Positions 1-9,937 of a DNA stretch of 64,000 nt are shown here, in pieces. The translations under genes and the position numbers were made by a program. Numbering within the stretch: position 1 is the stretch's first letter; each line of letters opens with the position of its first letter. This DNA is from a virus. The notes below the pieces were generated by a model that was given only the letters and a program-made list of their open reading frames with translations, ran no database searches and was not told where the DNA came from. Location of the stretch: IMG/VR virus record IMGVR_UViG_3300009130_001805, positions 1 through 64,000 of that record. The stretch is one strand, 5' to 3'.

Positions 1-160
1 TCTAGTAGGTACTGACCGCTTTCAACTAAGCGAGCGTCGAGCTTGATGCGTTCTGATTCTAGGTAAGACCCTGTTGAGTCTATATCGTCTAGTAGGTACT
101 GACCGCTTTCAACTAAGCGAGCGTCGAGTTTTAATCTTTCTGCTTCTAGGTAAGAGCCTG
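1..160 (-). repeat. 87-bp in-frame tandem repeat (29-aa unit, TGSYLExERxKLDARLVESGQYLLDDIDS)
   Basis: tctagtaggtactgaccgctttcaactaagcgagcgtcgag occurs at positions 1 and 88; period 87 = 29 codons. Confidence 0.9.
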
Positions 161-1409
161 TAGCTTCCAAATTAGACTCTAGGAGATGGCCTGAGCTTAA
201 AACTTGATATTGTAGCCCTCGTCGATCTTCCCAAAAATTAATTGGAAATTGTCTAAAATAAGCTGTATCATCACCTTTTCCTTGAACGAAAAAGTCTCCC
301 CCCTGCATTACATTAAAAGATTCTGAGCCAGTAACTTGACCAAATATAATTGAATCTCCATAAACAGCTAGAGACGCATTCGTAAGATCTGAAATCCCTT
401 CATGAGACTGCTGTGGGAAATGTTTTGGGTAATCTCCAATGGTAATCCTGCCATCTCCATTTACTACTAGGGATACTCTGTCAATCCCGTCTGCACTCCT
501 ATTTACGAAGCGAATGCCCCCGTCAGGAAAGGGCTCGACTGTATTAAAATCTGTTTTTCTGAAGGTTAAAAAATCTTTTGGAAATGGCGTACTAATTGTA
601 GGTTCACCACCTTCTAGATCATCTATTGTTTCTAGCCCTATTGTATAATAATCTTTAGTTTCATCTCCTACTGGGTAGCCAGATATCATGAACTCTCTAG
701 CTCTAAGTTCTCCAAAAACATCTACGTCAGAGTGAATTTTAAAATCATCTTCTACAGTTAATGAGCCTTTAATATGGGCGTTGCCAGAAATAGATGTGTC
801 TCCTGAGATTACAACATCCCCTCCAACGCTTGCATCCCCGCCAAAAATAGAGTCATCGAAAACTTCGAAATCATCTTCTACCAAAACGTCACCACGAGCT
901 ACCATTTTGTCCACTTTAGTGTCTCCAAGATAAAAATCTCCAGAAACATAAAGATCTCCAGAAACGGTTAGGTCTCTAAATAAATTTACATCTGAACCAA
1001 GTGGGTAGATATCATTCGGTTCTCCTAGGTAAGTTGGCCCTGATACTTTGAGCCAATCAGATATATATAAATGACTTACCGAAGAAAAATCAACGCCCGT
1101 GAAATACTGGCCATTTATGTAAATTCCTGTAAACCAAACATCATGAGTAAATTCCTTTACTCCTGTAATAGTTCCTATTCCATCTCTTTTTGTCTGGTAT
1201 TTAAAGTCTGGCGCTATTCTTTCTCTGTCTGCGAGCGTGCGCATCTCGTAAACATAAGGAATATTTTCATTAAATCCACCGGTAATAAAAAACGCTTGAA
1301 GATCAGCAACTGCAACCTGAGTCGTTAATACATTAGGCTTAGCGATGACAAGTTTGTCCATCGCATGTAGTTGTCCTAACGGCAATTCTGATATTTTTTT
1401 GTTTGGCAT
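1..1409 (-). CDS. Tail fibre/structural protein, partial (runs off the left edge)
   Basis: Not in the ORF track because it has no stop in the window. Read by hand from ATG 1409: MPNKKISELPLGQLHAMDKLVIAKP..., beta-helix-like repeats (DLTVSGDLYVSGDFYLGD, ASVGGDVVISGDTSISGNAHIKG), then 29-aa repeats at the window edge. Confidence 0.7.
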   Translation of the reverse strand, partial: MPNKKISELPLGQLHAMDKLVIAKPNVLTTQVAVADLQAFFITGGFNENIPYVYEMRTLADRERIAPDFKYQTKRDGIGTITGVKEFTHDVWFTGIYINGQYFTGVDFSSVSHLYISDWLKVSGPTYLGEPNDIYPLGSDVNLFRDLTVSGDLYVSGDFYLGDTKVDKMVARGDVLVEDDFEVFDDSIFGGDASVGGDVVISGDTSISGNAHIKGSLTVEDDFKIHSDVDVFGELRAREFMISGYPVGDETKDYYTIGLETIDDLEGGEPTISTPFPKDFLTFRKTDFNTVEPFPDGGIRFVNRSADGIDRVSLVVNGDGRITIGDYPKHFPQQSHEGISDLTNASLAVYGDSIIFGQVTGSESFNVMQGGDFFVQGKGDDTAYFRQFPINFWEDRRGLQYQVLSSGHLLESNLEATGSYLEAERLKLDARLVESGQYLLDDIDSTGSYLESERIKLDARLVESGQYLL

Positions 1410-1457
1410 TGTTTATCTTTTACACTTTATCTTAAATTTATTGCGATCAAAATCAAC

Positions 1458-2156
1458 CTAAGAAGGACAGGGCTGGAAAGACGTCTCTATATCCCCTAAA
1501 TCTTCATCTTTTTTACCGTCTCTTTCTGTGGTAAGTGCATCACTGTAATCAATTGGGCTCTCTTCTCTTACCAACAACGCTTCAGCACCAGATTCTTCTA
1601 TAATCTCGAAGCCGTCGAAATAGTCTCCATTTATAAAAACTCCTTTTTTGAAATCTCTAGCGCTTGCCATTTGGGCCGAGTAAGAAACATCTATAAATCG
1701 CCCTTGATCTCCAATGGAAAGCTGGTAGGATGTTGTATCTAAAACTGCACCGCGAATTTCATAAGACATAAATTCTTTTTTTTGTCTGTAACACATTTTT
1801 TCATCAATGCAATCTGTTCTTTTTAAAGAAATTTTTATATTATGTTTTTCGTTTCTAAGAAGCTCGCTAGTTAGATTAGTCTCGTAGATATCTGAAGCTA
1901 ATGCAGTAAAAGACATGCTGACTGTAAAGGGGAACTCCAACATCTTTGCGTAGTAAAAATTGCAGCCGAGCCTTTGTATTACAAGCCTACCTAATGGAAT
2001 ATCTACTTCAAAGCTTTGTGCGTGAAAATGTTTTGCGCTATAAAGCATTCCTTCATGTGCGAAATTTATAGTTATATCCCCCGGAGATAAAACCGCTGGA
2101 CCTCTTAGTGGGGATGCATCTGGGACGCCAAATTTAGGTACAAGACAATCAGACAT
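1458..2156 (-). CDS. Tail-tube-fold protein, homologous to the C-terminal half of the 40808-42907 protein
   Basis: LSPGDI / HAQSFEVDIPLGRLVIQRLG / LEFPFTVSMS / YEIRGAVL...SIGD align with LRPGDI / HIQSFSLSCPIGRSVIQRLG / IDFPVTMSVS / YIIAGARL...SIGD. Confidence 0.7.
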   Translation of the reverse strand: MSDCLVPKFGVPDASPLRGPAVLSPGDITINFAHEGMLYSAKHFHAQSFEVDIPLGRLVIQRLGCNFYYAKMLEFPFTVSMSFTALASDIYETNLTSELLRNEKHNIKISLKRTDCIDEKMCYRQKKEFMSYEIRGAVLDTTSYQLSIGDQGRFIDVSYSAQMASARDFKKGVFINGDYFDGFEIIEESGAEALLVREESPIDYSDALTTERDGKKDEDLGDIETSFQPCPS

Positions 2157-2163
2157 TATTTTC

Positions 2164-3294
2164 CTATGTTAAATTTATTGGAACTCCACTAGTTAAAGAG
2201 CCATTGAAATTGTCCGTCACGGTTAAATTAAGCATGGTGGAAACACTTCCTAGGCTTTGCTCGTCTATAGGCATAGTTATTTGCCCTGAAACTGTGTTAA
2301 CTCTTTCGAAATGACCGGGTTCTGGTATATCAAATAAATAAGATTTAATATAACTATTAACTCCTTTGCTTCCTTCGGCGCTAACAGAAACAGTTTCTCC
2401 AAATAGATAATTTCCACCAGTAAAACTAACTGATTCGTCGTCTCTAGTTATTTTTATTTCTGGAATTGGAAGTTCTTGTGGAATGTGGGGTAATAAAGTG
2501 TCACTTTTAAAATTAACTGCAGGGATATTTATTTGATCATAGGCGACATCGCCTTTTATGTTTGACCCCTCCATCGTGAAGGTAGCTGTAGCCGGGCTAC
2601 CAACTTCCCCTTTTGCGGAATAATTAGTTAAGAAGCAATTTCCTATGCTAATTACCGTTCTATTTGATTCTATCTCTCCATCTAGGTATTGATAATCTGC
2701 GCTTTTTTCAAAGTTTATATCTTCTCCTTCAGGAGCGGTGACAATGAATATGTTGCCCCCATCTGTTATTAAGTCCTGATCCCACACGCAATTTGCTTTG
2801 TCCTCTCCTAATTTAAGGCCTATTATGTGTTCATTTTGACCATCAGAAAGATAATAATTTGCCTGAAAGCGAACTACTGGCTCAATAAGTTCTACCCTGT
2901 CAATTCTAGCTAATTGACCAAACTGGTAGACATCTATAAAACTTCTTTCAAAACCATAGTCAGCAGATTGAATTCTTTTTAATTGTCGAACTTTATTGCC
3001 AGCATAAGAAAAGAAATCTCTGTTGCGTTGATCTGGGGCCCAGCTGCCTGTACCGGGGTAATGATTTATGTAGCCTGTTCCCTCTACTGTCCTAAGCTTT
3101 TCTGGAGAACTGTTAGCTAAATCTATAATTTTTTTCGGCAAATCCTCCCAAGGGTAGTTTTTGGGATATGTTTCAAACGCCGCATAATCATGATAGTGAT
3201 TACCTGTACCATCATGACAATAGTATACGGCTTCGGACTGATATATAATTCTGTTCCGACGCTTTTTCTTTGCGAGCTTCCTTATTATGGCCAT
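2164..3294 (-). CDS. Tail-tube-fold protein, homologous to the N-terminal half of the 40808-42907 protein, with a C-terminal Ig/PKD-like domain
   Basis: RNRIIYQSEA, LKRIQSADY...QFGQLARID, VISIGNCFLTNYS and IPAVN match RNRVIYQSEA, LSRVQTANY...QFGQLGRID, VISVGNGYITDYS and IPAVD; ends with PKD-like LNLTVTDN. Confidence 0.7.
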   Translation of the reverse strand: MAIIRKLAKKKRRNRIIYQSEAVYYCHDGTGNHYHDYAAFETYPKNYPWEDLPKKIIDLANSSPEKLRTVEGTGYINHYPGTGSWAPDQRNRDFFSYAGNKVRQLKRIQSADYGFERSFIDVYQFGQLARIDRVELIEPVVRFQANYYLSDGQNEHIIGLKLGEDKANCVWDQDLITDGGNIFIVTAPEGEDINFEKSADYQYLDGEIESNRTVISIGNCFLTNYSAKGEVGSPATATFTMEGSNIKGDVAYDQINIPAVNFKSDTLLPHIPQELPIPEIKITRDDESVSFTGGNYLFGETVSVSAEGSKGVNSYIKSYLFDIPEPGHFERVNTVSGQITMPIDEQSLGSVSTMLNLTVTDNFNGSLTSGVPINLT

Positions 3295-3343
3295 ACCTTA
3301 TCCCTTACCATTTGTGGATTACACAAATAACAAAGGATTTGAC

Positions 3344-5809
3344 CTATTTAATCAAAAAAGAATTTCCCTTTTTGGTTATTGTTATATCTCTATCTTCTTT
3401 AGTTTCAGATGAGAGCATATAGCTTGCAATAAGGTTTTCAATTTTATCGCCCAGTATTCTTTTAATTGGGCGGGCTCCTAAATTTTCTTTTTTTGCGAGT
3501 TCGGCAATTAAATTTATTGCGCTTGCAGTATAATTAAGCTTAACCCCTTTTTTAATTAATTTATTTTTAATTTTATTTAATTCAATTCTCGCAATTTTTT
3601 TTAAATCTGAATCAGAGAAGTTTTTGTAAACTACAATTTCATCTAGTCTATTAATAAATTCTGGCTTAAAACTTTTTCTAGCTAAATGTTTAACTTTGTC
3701 TCTAATTTGCTCGGAAGAATCTTCAGTAGATTGATTAAACCCAAGAGTAGCTTTGTTTGATATAATATCTGACCCAACATTACCTGTTAGGATTATTATT
3801 GAATTTGTAAAGTCAGCAGTTTTGCCAAAATTATCAGTAAGTATGCCGTCATCCATGATTTGAAGAAGGGTTTGTATTACTTCTGGATGAGCTTTTTCAA
3901 TTTCGTCAAATAAAACTACGCTATAAGGTTGGCGCCTAATGCTTTCTGTTAATTGTCCGCCCTCTTCATATCCTACATAACCCGGGGAAGCGCCAGTTAA
4001 CCTAGAAGAGCTAATTTTTTCTGAATATTCTGTCATATCAAAGCGAATTAACTTTTCTTCTCCTCCAAAAACAGACTCTGCAAGCATTTTAGCTGTATGG
4101 GTTTTCCCTGCACCAGTAGATCCTAAGAGCAAAAAGCATCCTATCGGCCTATTATCCGCACCAAGTCCACAGCGATTGCGTATGATACTTTTGCATATAG
4201 ATTTTACAGACTCTGATTGGCCGATTATTTTTTTGTTTAAAGTTGTCTCCAAGTTTAATAGCCTTTTTGATTCTGACTTTGATACTTCTTCGTAAGGAAT
4301 TCTCGTTTTGTTGGCGACCACATGATATAAATCGGCAGGCTTCACTAAAGAATTTTTATTGGAAGAACTTTTTACCCACTTCTCAAGAGCTTTCTTATAC
4401 TCTTCAAAAATTTCTGAATTTTCAGCATTAAAATCTTCAAACTCTCCAGACTGAGCTGAGTCTGCAATGGCATCTGCAATCCGCATCTCTAAGTCAACTA
4501 GCTTTTTAGGCTTTTTATTGGAGCGAACTTTTACTCTAGCTCCTGCTTGATCAATTAAGTCTATTGCTTTATCTGGCAGCCTTCTGTCGGGCATATATCT
4601 TTGGCTCAAATCAACTGCAAGATTTAGACACTGCGGTTCATAAAGTAATCCATGGTAATTTTCGTACTTGGATATTATCCCTTCTAAAATTTTGGTAGTG
4701 TCTTGTGTTGAGGGTTCTTTGACTTCTACGCACTCATATCTTCGGCCTAAAGCAGCATCTTTTGCAAAGTGTTTTTTGTACTCATTATTAGTAGTTGCTC
4801 CAATGCATGATATTTCCCCTCTGGATAATGGTGGTTTTAATATGTTTGCCGTATCTAACCCGCCTTCTGAGCTACCTGCGCCTATGATTGTATGAATTTC
4901 GTCTATAAATAAAATTATATTTTGATCTTTTTTTACTTCTGCTAAAACTTTTTTAAGGCGCTCTTCGAATTGACCCCTATATTTAGTTCCTGCAACCATT
5001 GAAGCAAGATCTAGAGCGTATATCTGCTTTGAAGATAAAAAGTCTGGAACAGATCTAGAAACTATTCTCTGAGCCAACCCTTCTACTAAAGCGGTTTTCC
5101 CCACTCCAGCTTCGCCTAGTAGTAAAGGATTGTTCTTTTTTCTTCTGCATAAAATTTCTACCATTTCATTAACTTCATGGTCTCTCCCAATAATAGAATC
5201 AAACTTGCCTTGCTGGGCTAGGGAGTTGTAATTTAGTGCAAAAGCATCTAAGGCTCTACTCGGGTCTTTTGAGTTTGGAGGGGTAGAAGAAAAAGGAGGT
5301 GGTTGGTTTTTTTCTTTTGCGTTACTCGGAGATTCTAAGCCTCTTACGAACTGAACGTGAACTGCATCCATTAATTGATTGATGGAGGCTCCAAACTTAG
5401 AAAAATAAGATAAGCAAACTGAATCGGGGTGATCTAGGAGCGCTAAAAATATATGTTCTATACCTATATAATCATGCCCTAATGTGTCTGAATAATCAGA
5501 AGCCAACTGAAGGGAGTTCACGAAAGATTCAGAAAAATAGCAATCGCTGCTTTTTACTTTTTGAGCACTGGGCACAATATCTTCAGCAATAAAAACTGCT
5601 AAATTATCTGGATCTATTGAACATGCAGATAATGTTTCTCTAATTGGCCCATACCTTAAGTTTAAAATTCCTAAAAAAAGAAATATAGGTGAAACTTCTT
5701 GTCTGTTGTATTCCAATGCAATTTCTTTGGAATATTTTATTACTTGCTGGGCTCTGGGTGTGAAATTAGGTTGTTTTTCTTTCATTCGGATATTTGAATA
5801 TACACTCAT
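3344..5809 (-). CDS. clpC: ATP-dependent Clp protease ATP-binding subunit, ClpC-like (probable start 5785, MKEKQPNFTPRAQ)
   Basis: Clp N domain (FTPRAQQV, HDYIGIEH); AAA1 RRKKNNPLLLGEAGVGKT and LFIDEIH; AAA2 GSTGAGKT, PGYVGYEEGGQLTE, LFDEIEKAHP; ClpP-docking LGF tripeptide; GARP. Confidence 0.93.
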   Translation of the reverse strand: MSVYSNIRMKEKQPNFTPRAQQVIKYSKEIALEYNRQEVSPIFLFLGILNLRYGPIRETLSACSIDPDNLAVFIAEDIVPSAQKVKSSDCYFSESFVNSLQLASDYSDTLGHDYIGIEHIFLALLDHPDSVCLSYFSKFGASINQLMDAVHVQFVRGLESPSNAKEKNQPPPFSSTPPNSKDPSRALDAFALNYNSLAQQGKFDSIIGRDHEVNEMVEILCRRKKNNPLLLGEAGVGKTALVEGLAQRIVSRSVPDFLSSKQIYALDLASMVAGTKYRGQFEERLKKVLAEVKKDQNIILFIDEIHTIIGAGSSEGGLDTANILKPPLSRGEISCIGATTNNEYKKHFAKDAALGRRYECVEVKEPSTQDTTKILEGIISKYENYHGLLYEPQCLNLAVDLSQRYMPDRRLPDKAIDLIDQAGARVKVRSNKKPKKLVDLEMRIADAIADSAQSGEFEDFNAENSEIFEEYKKALEKWVKSSSNKNSLVKPADLYHVVANKTRIPYEEVSKSESKRLLNLETTLNKKIIGQSESVKSICKSIIRNRCGLGADNRPIGCFLLLGSTGAGKTHTAKMLAESVFGGEEKLIRFDMTEYSEKISSSRLTGASPGYVGYEEGGQLTESIRRQPYSVVLFDEIEKAHPEVIQTLLQIMDDGILTDNFGKTADFTNSIIILTGNVGSDIISNKATLGFNQSTEDSSEQIRDKVKHLARKSFKPEFINRLDEIVVYKNFSDSDLKKIARIELNKIKNKLIKKGVKLNYTASAINLIAELAKKENLGARPIKRILGDKIENLIASYMLSSETKEDRDITITKKGNSFLIK

Positions 5810-5814
5810 CGCAT

Positions 5815-8424
5815 TTAAGAGAGATTAAAATCTGGATTTGTTTTTTCTTTTAAATCGCTAAGCTTCATGTAGATTTTGTGATCAACTATATCCATGTCAT
5901 CCATAAATAATATGTCCTCTCCTTTGCTGCCAGTCATCACGATGATATTATCTTTTTCTGGCCAAGATTTTCCAGAAGATTCATAGTCAGAATATCTTGG
6001 AAATCTCCTATTATCTATAAGCATCGCCTGAAAGCTACCGTATTCGTCTGAGACCACAATTTTATAATATTGATTGCCGTTGACGCTTTTTCTTTTTAAA
6101 AAGTCATCTACAACCCCTATAAATTTACCTCTAGATCTTGGCGATAAGTCATTGAAATCTTCTGAGGTCTTAAGCTTGCCTTCAGAATCAACCATAGACT
6201 CTTTTAGAGTAGTGCTGTAGCTATATCCTAATAGCTTCCTTTCGAAATACCAATTAGCAAATGATTCAAACTTTTTATTTTTTTGAAAAATAGTTTTATA
6301 TCCTGCCCATTTTTTTCTAAAAGTTTCTGACCTCCTTTTTTTCATGATCGGCTTTCCGTCATCCGCAATCATTTTATGGGTATCTCTTTCTGCGTCCAAA
6401 AGAATATCTCTAATGCATAATAGGGTATCATAGTTATACTTTTCTCCAAGAAGTCTTACGTTCCTTTTTTCTCTATCTGTTAAGATATTATAAGCATGTG
6501 CTTCCGCCACCAAGTAACAGCGACTAGTATTATAAGAAGATAGGGCTCCAGCTTGAATTAGTGAAGATAGAGTTCCTATGTTTATCCCGGATTCTTTTGC
6601 CTGCGCAAAAACGTCGTACTTATTGGGTTTATCTTTGTCTCGAAACATACAAAGAGATTCAAAAGTTTTTTCGCTAACTCCTTTTATGCTATTTAATCCA
6701 TATCTTATGTTATTTCCTTCTATGGAAAACTCCATTTTTGATAAAACTAAATCTGGAGAGAGCAGTTTAATGCCGAATCTACCCAGTTCTTGAGAAACTC
6801 TTCTTATTTCTTCTTGAGGGTTAGGCTCGAAGCGGGTCATTTTTAACAAAGATAGGAAAAACTCCTTGGGGTGCTTAAATTTTAGGTGTGTTGTCCAAGC
6901 CGCAAGAGTTGCATAGCACAGAGAGTGAGATTTATTAAAAGAATAGTTAGCGCTATCCTGAGCGACTTTCCATAAAAACTCTCCGACTTCTGGGTTTAGT
7001 GAATTCTCTTCTACTTTTTCTTCAATTTTCTTTTTCCAAGCGGGCATTTGGTCTACCTTTTTCTTGCCAACTATTCTTCTGAGCTGCTCTGATTCATCAA
7101 GCGTAAACCCGACTTTAACTGCCATTTGCATAAGCTGCTCTTGGTAGAGTGGTATTCCGCCTGTATGCATTAAGATGTCATCGAAGAAAGCGTTTTGGCT
7201 TTGGAATTCACTATCGATTGCGTAAAGAGCATATTGATCTAAAAATTCTATTGCGCCGGGCCTAGCAATCGCCACAACAGCGCTAAGCTGATCTAATGTT
7301 TTAGGCTTGATCTTTTTGCATACTCTGTAGTTTGTGTGCGCCTCAATTTGAAATAAACCATGGGGGGATTCTAGGGAATTCAGTGGATCATATACACTTT
7401 CATTTGTAAGATCAATATCTTCTGGTAAGATCCCTAGCTGATTACAGGTGTCTTGAATGACGCTTAAGGTTCTTAACCCCAAGATATCAAACTTAACCAT
7501 TAACTCTGCCACCCAATTCATGTCATAACCTGTCACTAGCGCTCCTTCATTAGTCAACTGCAATGGGCAAAGGCTTGAAGTTTCTAGGTGTGAAATTGCT
7601 ATTCCAGATGGGTGAACTCCAGTATTTTTTATTAAACCTTCGAGCTTTAAGGCTACATCGTAAACTTTCTGATTACTATCTGCCCAAGGTTTAAATTTTT
7701 CACTTTCTTCGTAAGCCGCGCTTAAGGAAGCTATTTTACCAAATTTCTTAGGAATGTAATCGCTTACTAGATTAACATCTTGTTCGCTTAGCTCTCCTAC
7801 AATTTTGCCACATTCTTTTATGCAAAGTTTACCGCTTAACTTGTTTAAGGTTAATATTTTTGCGGTTCTATTTGGGTGTTTTTTTTCAATGTAATCTATA
7901 ACCTTTTGCCTGTGCTCATAGGCTATGTCATTATCTACATCTGCAAGTAAGCTGCCATCAAGGTATACTAAGCCATTTTTTTCTATTTTACGAGCTCTGC
8001 TTTTCGAGACAAATCTTTCAAAAAATAATTCATATTTTACTGGATCAACTTGGGTTACGCCTATTAAGTATAATACTAAAGAGCCTGCGGCTGAACCTCT
8101 TCCGGGGCCTGTAGGAATATCATTTTCGTGACAATAGTTAAGTATATCCCAATTTAGTAAAACATAATCTACGAATCCTAGTTCATTGAGAATCGAAAGT
8201 TCTTTTTTAACCCTGTCATAATACTCCTGTTTGTTTTTTTGAGTATCTATGCCTTTGTCTTTTGAGCCTTTTAAACAAAGAGATCTTAAGAAATCAAAGT
8301 TTGATATATCGCTAGATACGCCAAGTTCATCATAGTGTCTTTGATCTATATCTATCTCTGGAAGCAATACGCCCGGGGGAACGCAATCTTGATAGCTCGA
8401 AAATTCTTTTAAGAAATTACTCAT
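5815..8424 (-). CDS. dnaE: DNA polymerase III alpha (family C) catalytic core, lacking the PHP domain
   Basis: GPGRGSAAGSLV, FERF, DVDND, GVHPSG, KFDILGL, YQEQLM, YSFNKSH, C-terminal OB fold; ATG 8424 overlaps the upstream stop (ATGA). Confidence 0.93.
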   Translation of the reverse strand: MSNFLKEFSSYQDCVPPGVLLPEIDIDQRHYDELGVSSDISNFDFLRSLCLKGSKDKGIDTQKNKQEYYDRVKKELSILNELGFVDYVLLNWDILNYCHENDIPTGPGRGSAAGSLVLYLIGVTQVDPVKYELFFERFVSKSRARKIEKNGLVYLDGSLLADVDNDIAYEHRQKVIDYIEKKHPNRTAKILTLNKLSGKLCIKECGKIVGELSEQDVNLVSDYIPKKFGKIASLSAAYEESEKFKPWADSNQKVYDVALKLEGLIKNTGVHPSGIAISHLETSSLCPLQLTNEGALVTGYDMNWVAELMVKFDILGLRTLSVIQDTCNQLGILPEDIDLTNESVYDPLNSLESPHGLFQIEAHTNYRVCKKIKPKTLDQLSAVVAIARPGAIEFLDQYALYAIDSEFQSQNAFFDDILMHTGGIPLYQEQLMQMAVKVGFTLDESEQLRRIVGKKKVDQMPAWKKKIEEKVEENSLNPEVGEFLWKVAQDSANYSFNKSHSLCYATLAAWTTHLKFKHPKEFFLSLLKMTRFEPNPQEEIRRVSQELGRFGIKLLSPDLVLSKMEFSIEGNNIRYGLNSIKGVSEKTFESLCMFRDKDKPNKYDVFAQAKESGINIGTLSSLIQAGALSSYNTSRCYLVAEAHAYNILTDREKRNVRLLGEKYNYDTLLCIRDILLDAERDTHKMIADDGKPIMKKRRSETFRKKWAGYKTIFQKNKKFESFANWYFERKLLGYSYSTTLKESMVDSEGKLKTSEDFNDLSPRSRGKFIGVVDDFLKRKSVNGNQYYKIVVSDEYGSFQAMLIDNRRFPRYSDYESSGKSWPEKDNIIVMTGSKGEDILFMDDMDIVDHKIYMKLSDLKEKTNPDFNLS

Positions 8425-9068
8425 AATTCTATCTCCCAAACCTGCTTGTTAAAAACCTCATAATTTTTTTCTATATCATATAAAGCATCATGCAGTTTAG
8501 ATTCGTCAAAATCTATGGAGTATTTTTGGCACAAAAACTTAAGATTAGTTTTGAGGCCCCTTTCTCTGAATCCGTTTAATTTATACTGCCAAGAAGTCAT
8601 ATCTTTTGAAGAATAACTTGGGCATGGAATTTTTCTCTCTATAGCCTTAGCAATACAATTAGTGTCTATAAGCCTATCGACGTAATTATAGTCTGGGCTC
8701 ATTCCTAGTAACTTCCTGTGAATGCCATGAATATATACATCAAATCCAAGTATGTTATGCCCTGCAATTAAGTAGTCTTCATTATACAAATACGACTCAA
8801 AATCTTTTAAGGCTATGGCTGGGTCTATGGAATTTTTGTCGTATATTTTTTTATTGAATCCAGTTATTTTTGCTGCGTCTTTTGACACTTTTATATTATC
8901 CCATTTAAGTAGATAGTTAAACTTTTTATAAATTTTACCACCATGTACTAGGCAAAAAGCCAACTGCCAAGGCTTGTTTTCTTTTGAACCTAAATTAAGA
9001 TTACAGGTTTCGTAATCAAAAAACATGTACTTTTGTGATTTAATGTGTCGTAAAAGATCTTCTCTCAT
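8421..9068 (-). CDS. DEDDh 3'-5' exonuclease (DnaQ/epsilon-like)
   Basis: ExoI FFDYET, ExoII GHNILGFD, IDT, ExoIII HDALYD. Confidence 0.88.
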   Translation of the reverse strand: MREDLLRHIKSQKYMFFDYETCNLNLGSKENKPWQLAFCLVHGGKIYKKFNYLLKWDNIKVSKDAAKITGFNKKIYDKNSIDPAIALKDFESYLYNEDYLIAGHNILGFDVYIHGIHRKLLGMSPDYNYVDRLIDTNCIAKAIERKIPCPSYSSKDMTSWQYKLNGFRERGLKTNLKFLCQKYSIDFDESKLHDALYDIEKNYEVFNKQVWEIEL

Positions 9069-9937
9069 GCGTATTCTAAAAAACTGTTGTGTTTATTTTC
9101 TCTTGCGTCAGAAACACTTTCCGATAAATAGCTAAAAAAATATTCATCTGCATTTCTCTCGTCTATCATGTCTCTGCTAACGGTAATGCTCCTATCGATT
9201 GTCTTTGTAAAATGGCCCCAGCCAGAAGGAAGGTATAACACTTCACCTTTTTTAAGAACGCCATAGTAAGGCTGGTAGCCAGAAAAATATTTTTCCTGCT
9301 CTGCTTTTAATAAATTTTTATCATTGAATTTTATATTTGGGTCAAGACCTCTATCGGACATTTCTATTGAAAAGATTTCGTCAGGTTGTATGTCACATAT
9401 TTTTTCAGACTCTTCTGGATTAAATAAAACAACTTCTTTTTTACCTTCTATTTGCATTAGGCAAGTATGTACTGCGTGGTGGTCTTGATGAAAACTACTG
9501 AGTGAATCTTCTTGGCTCATGAAAAGCCATAGATGTCTGTTTAGGTTTACGATTTTGTCTCTCCATAACTTGCTAAAATGGTCATCAAACCAATCTTCAC
9601 AAAATGAAGGCGGGATTAATATGTCTATTAAATTGGGAACGCTTTCTGATGAAAAAGATCTTACTGCCTCTTTTGTAGATTTGATGTGTGGTAGGAAGAA
9701 ATTATTTACAAAGTAAGATAGCGTGCATTCTTTTGTTTCGCCGCCATCTAAATACTTAGAGTAGCTAACTTTTTGGTCCGCAAAAAGACTCAATATTAAT
9801 TCTAAGCTCAAATTTTCACAGGGGTGCCCTTTTAAGCCATTACAAATTATTGTTGGTTTATTTCTATAAGATAGCTTAAACTCTTCTTTGCTCGGCAAGC
9901 AATTTGTTATGGTTTTAATTGGAAGCGCTCTGTTCAT
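9065..9937 (-). CDS. JmjC/cupin-like 2-oxoglutarate Fe(II) oxygenase
   Basis: F...YRNKPTII start, HQD (HxD), QIEGKKEVVLF, LKKGEVLYLPSGWGH (distal His). Confidence 0.82.
   Translation of the reverse strand: MNRALPIKTITNCLPSKEEFKLSYRNKPTIICNGLKGHPCENLSLELILSLFADQKVSYSKYLDGGETKECTLSYFVNNFFLPHIKSTKEAVRSFSSESVPNLIDILIPPSFCEDWFDDHFSKLWRDKIVNLNRHLWLFMSQEDSLSSFHQDHHAVHTCLMQIEGKKEVVLFNPEESEKICDIQPDEIFSIEMSDRGLDPNIKFNDKNLLKAEQEKYFSGYQPYYGVLKKGEVLYLPSGWGHFTKTIDRSITVSRDMIDERNADEYFFSYLSESVSDARENKHNSFLEYA

Noticed and set aside
1-160. Possible CRISPR array
   Set aside because: The period is a multiple of 3, it lies inside an ORF, and the would-be spacers are similar to each other; it is a protein repeat.
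2154-2166. Stop-codon read-through or recoded TAG joining the split tube genes
   Set aside because: The downstream ORF is in a different frame and read-through meets TGA four codons later; elsewhere ORFs are full length under code 11.
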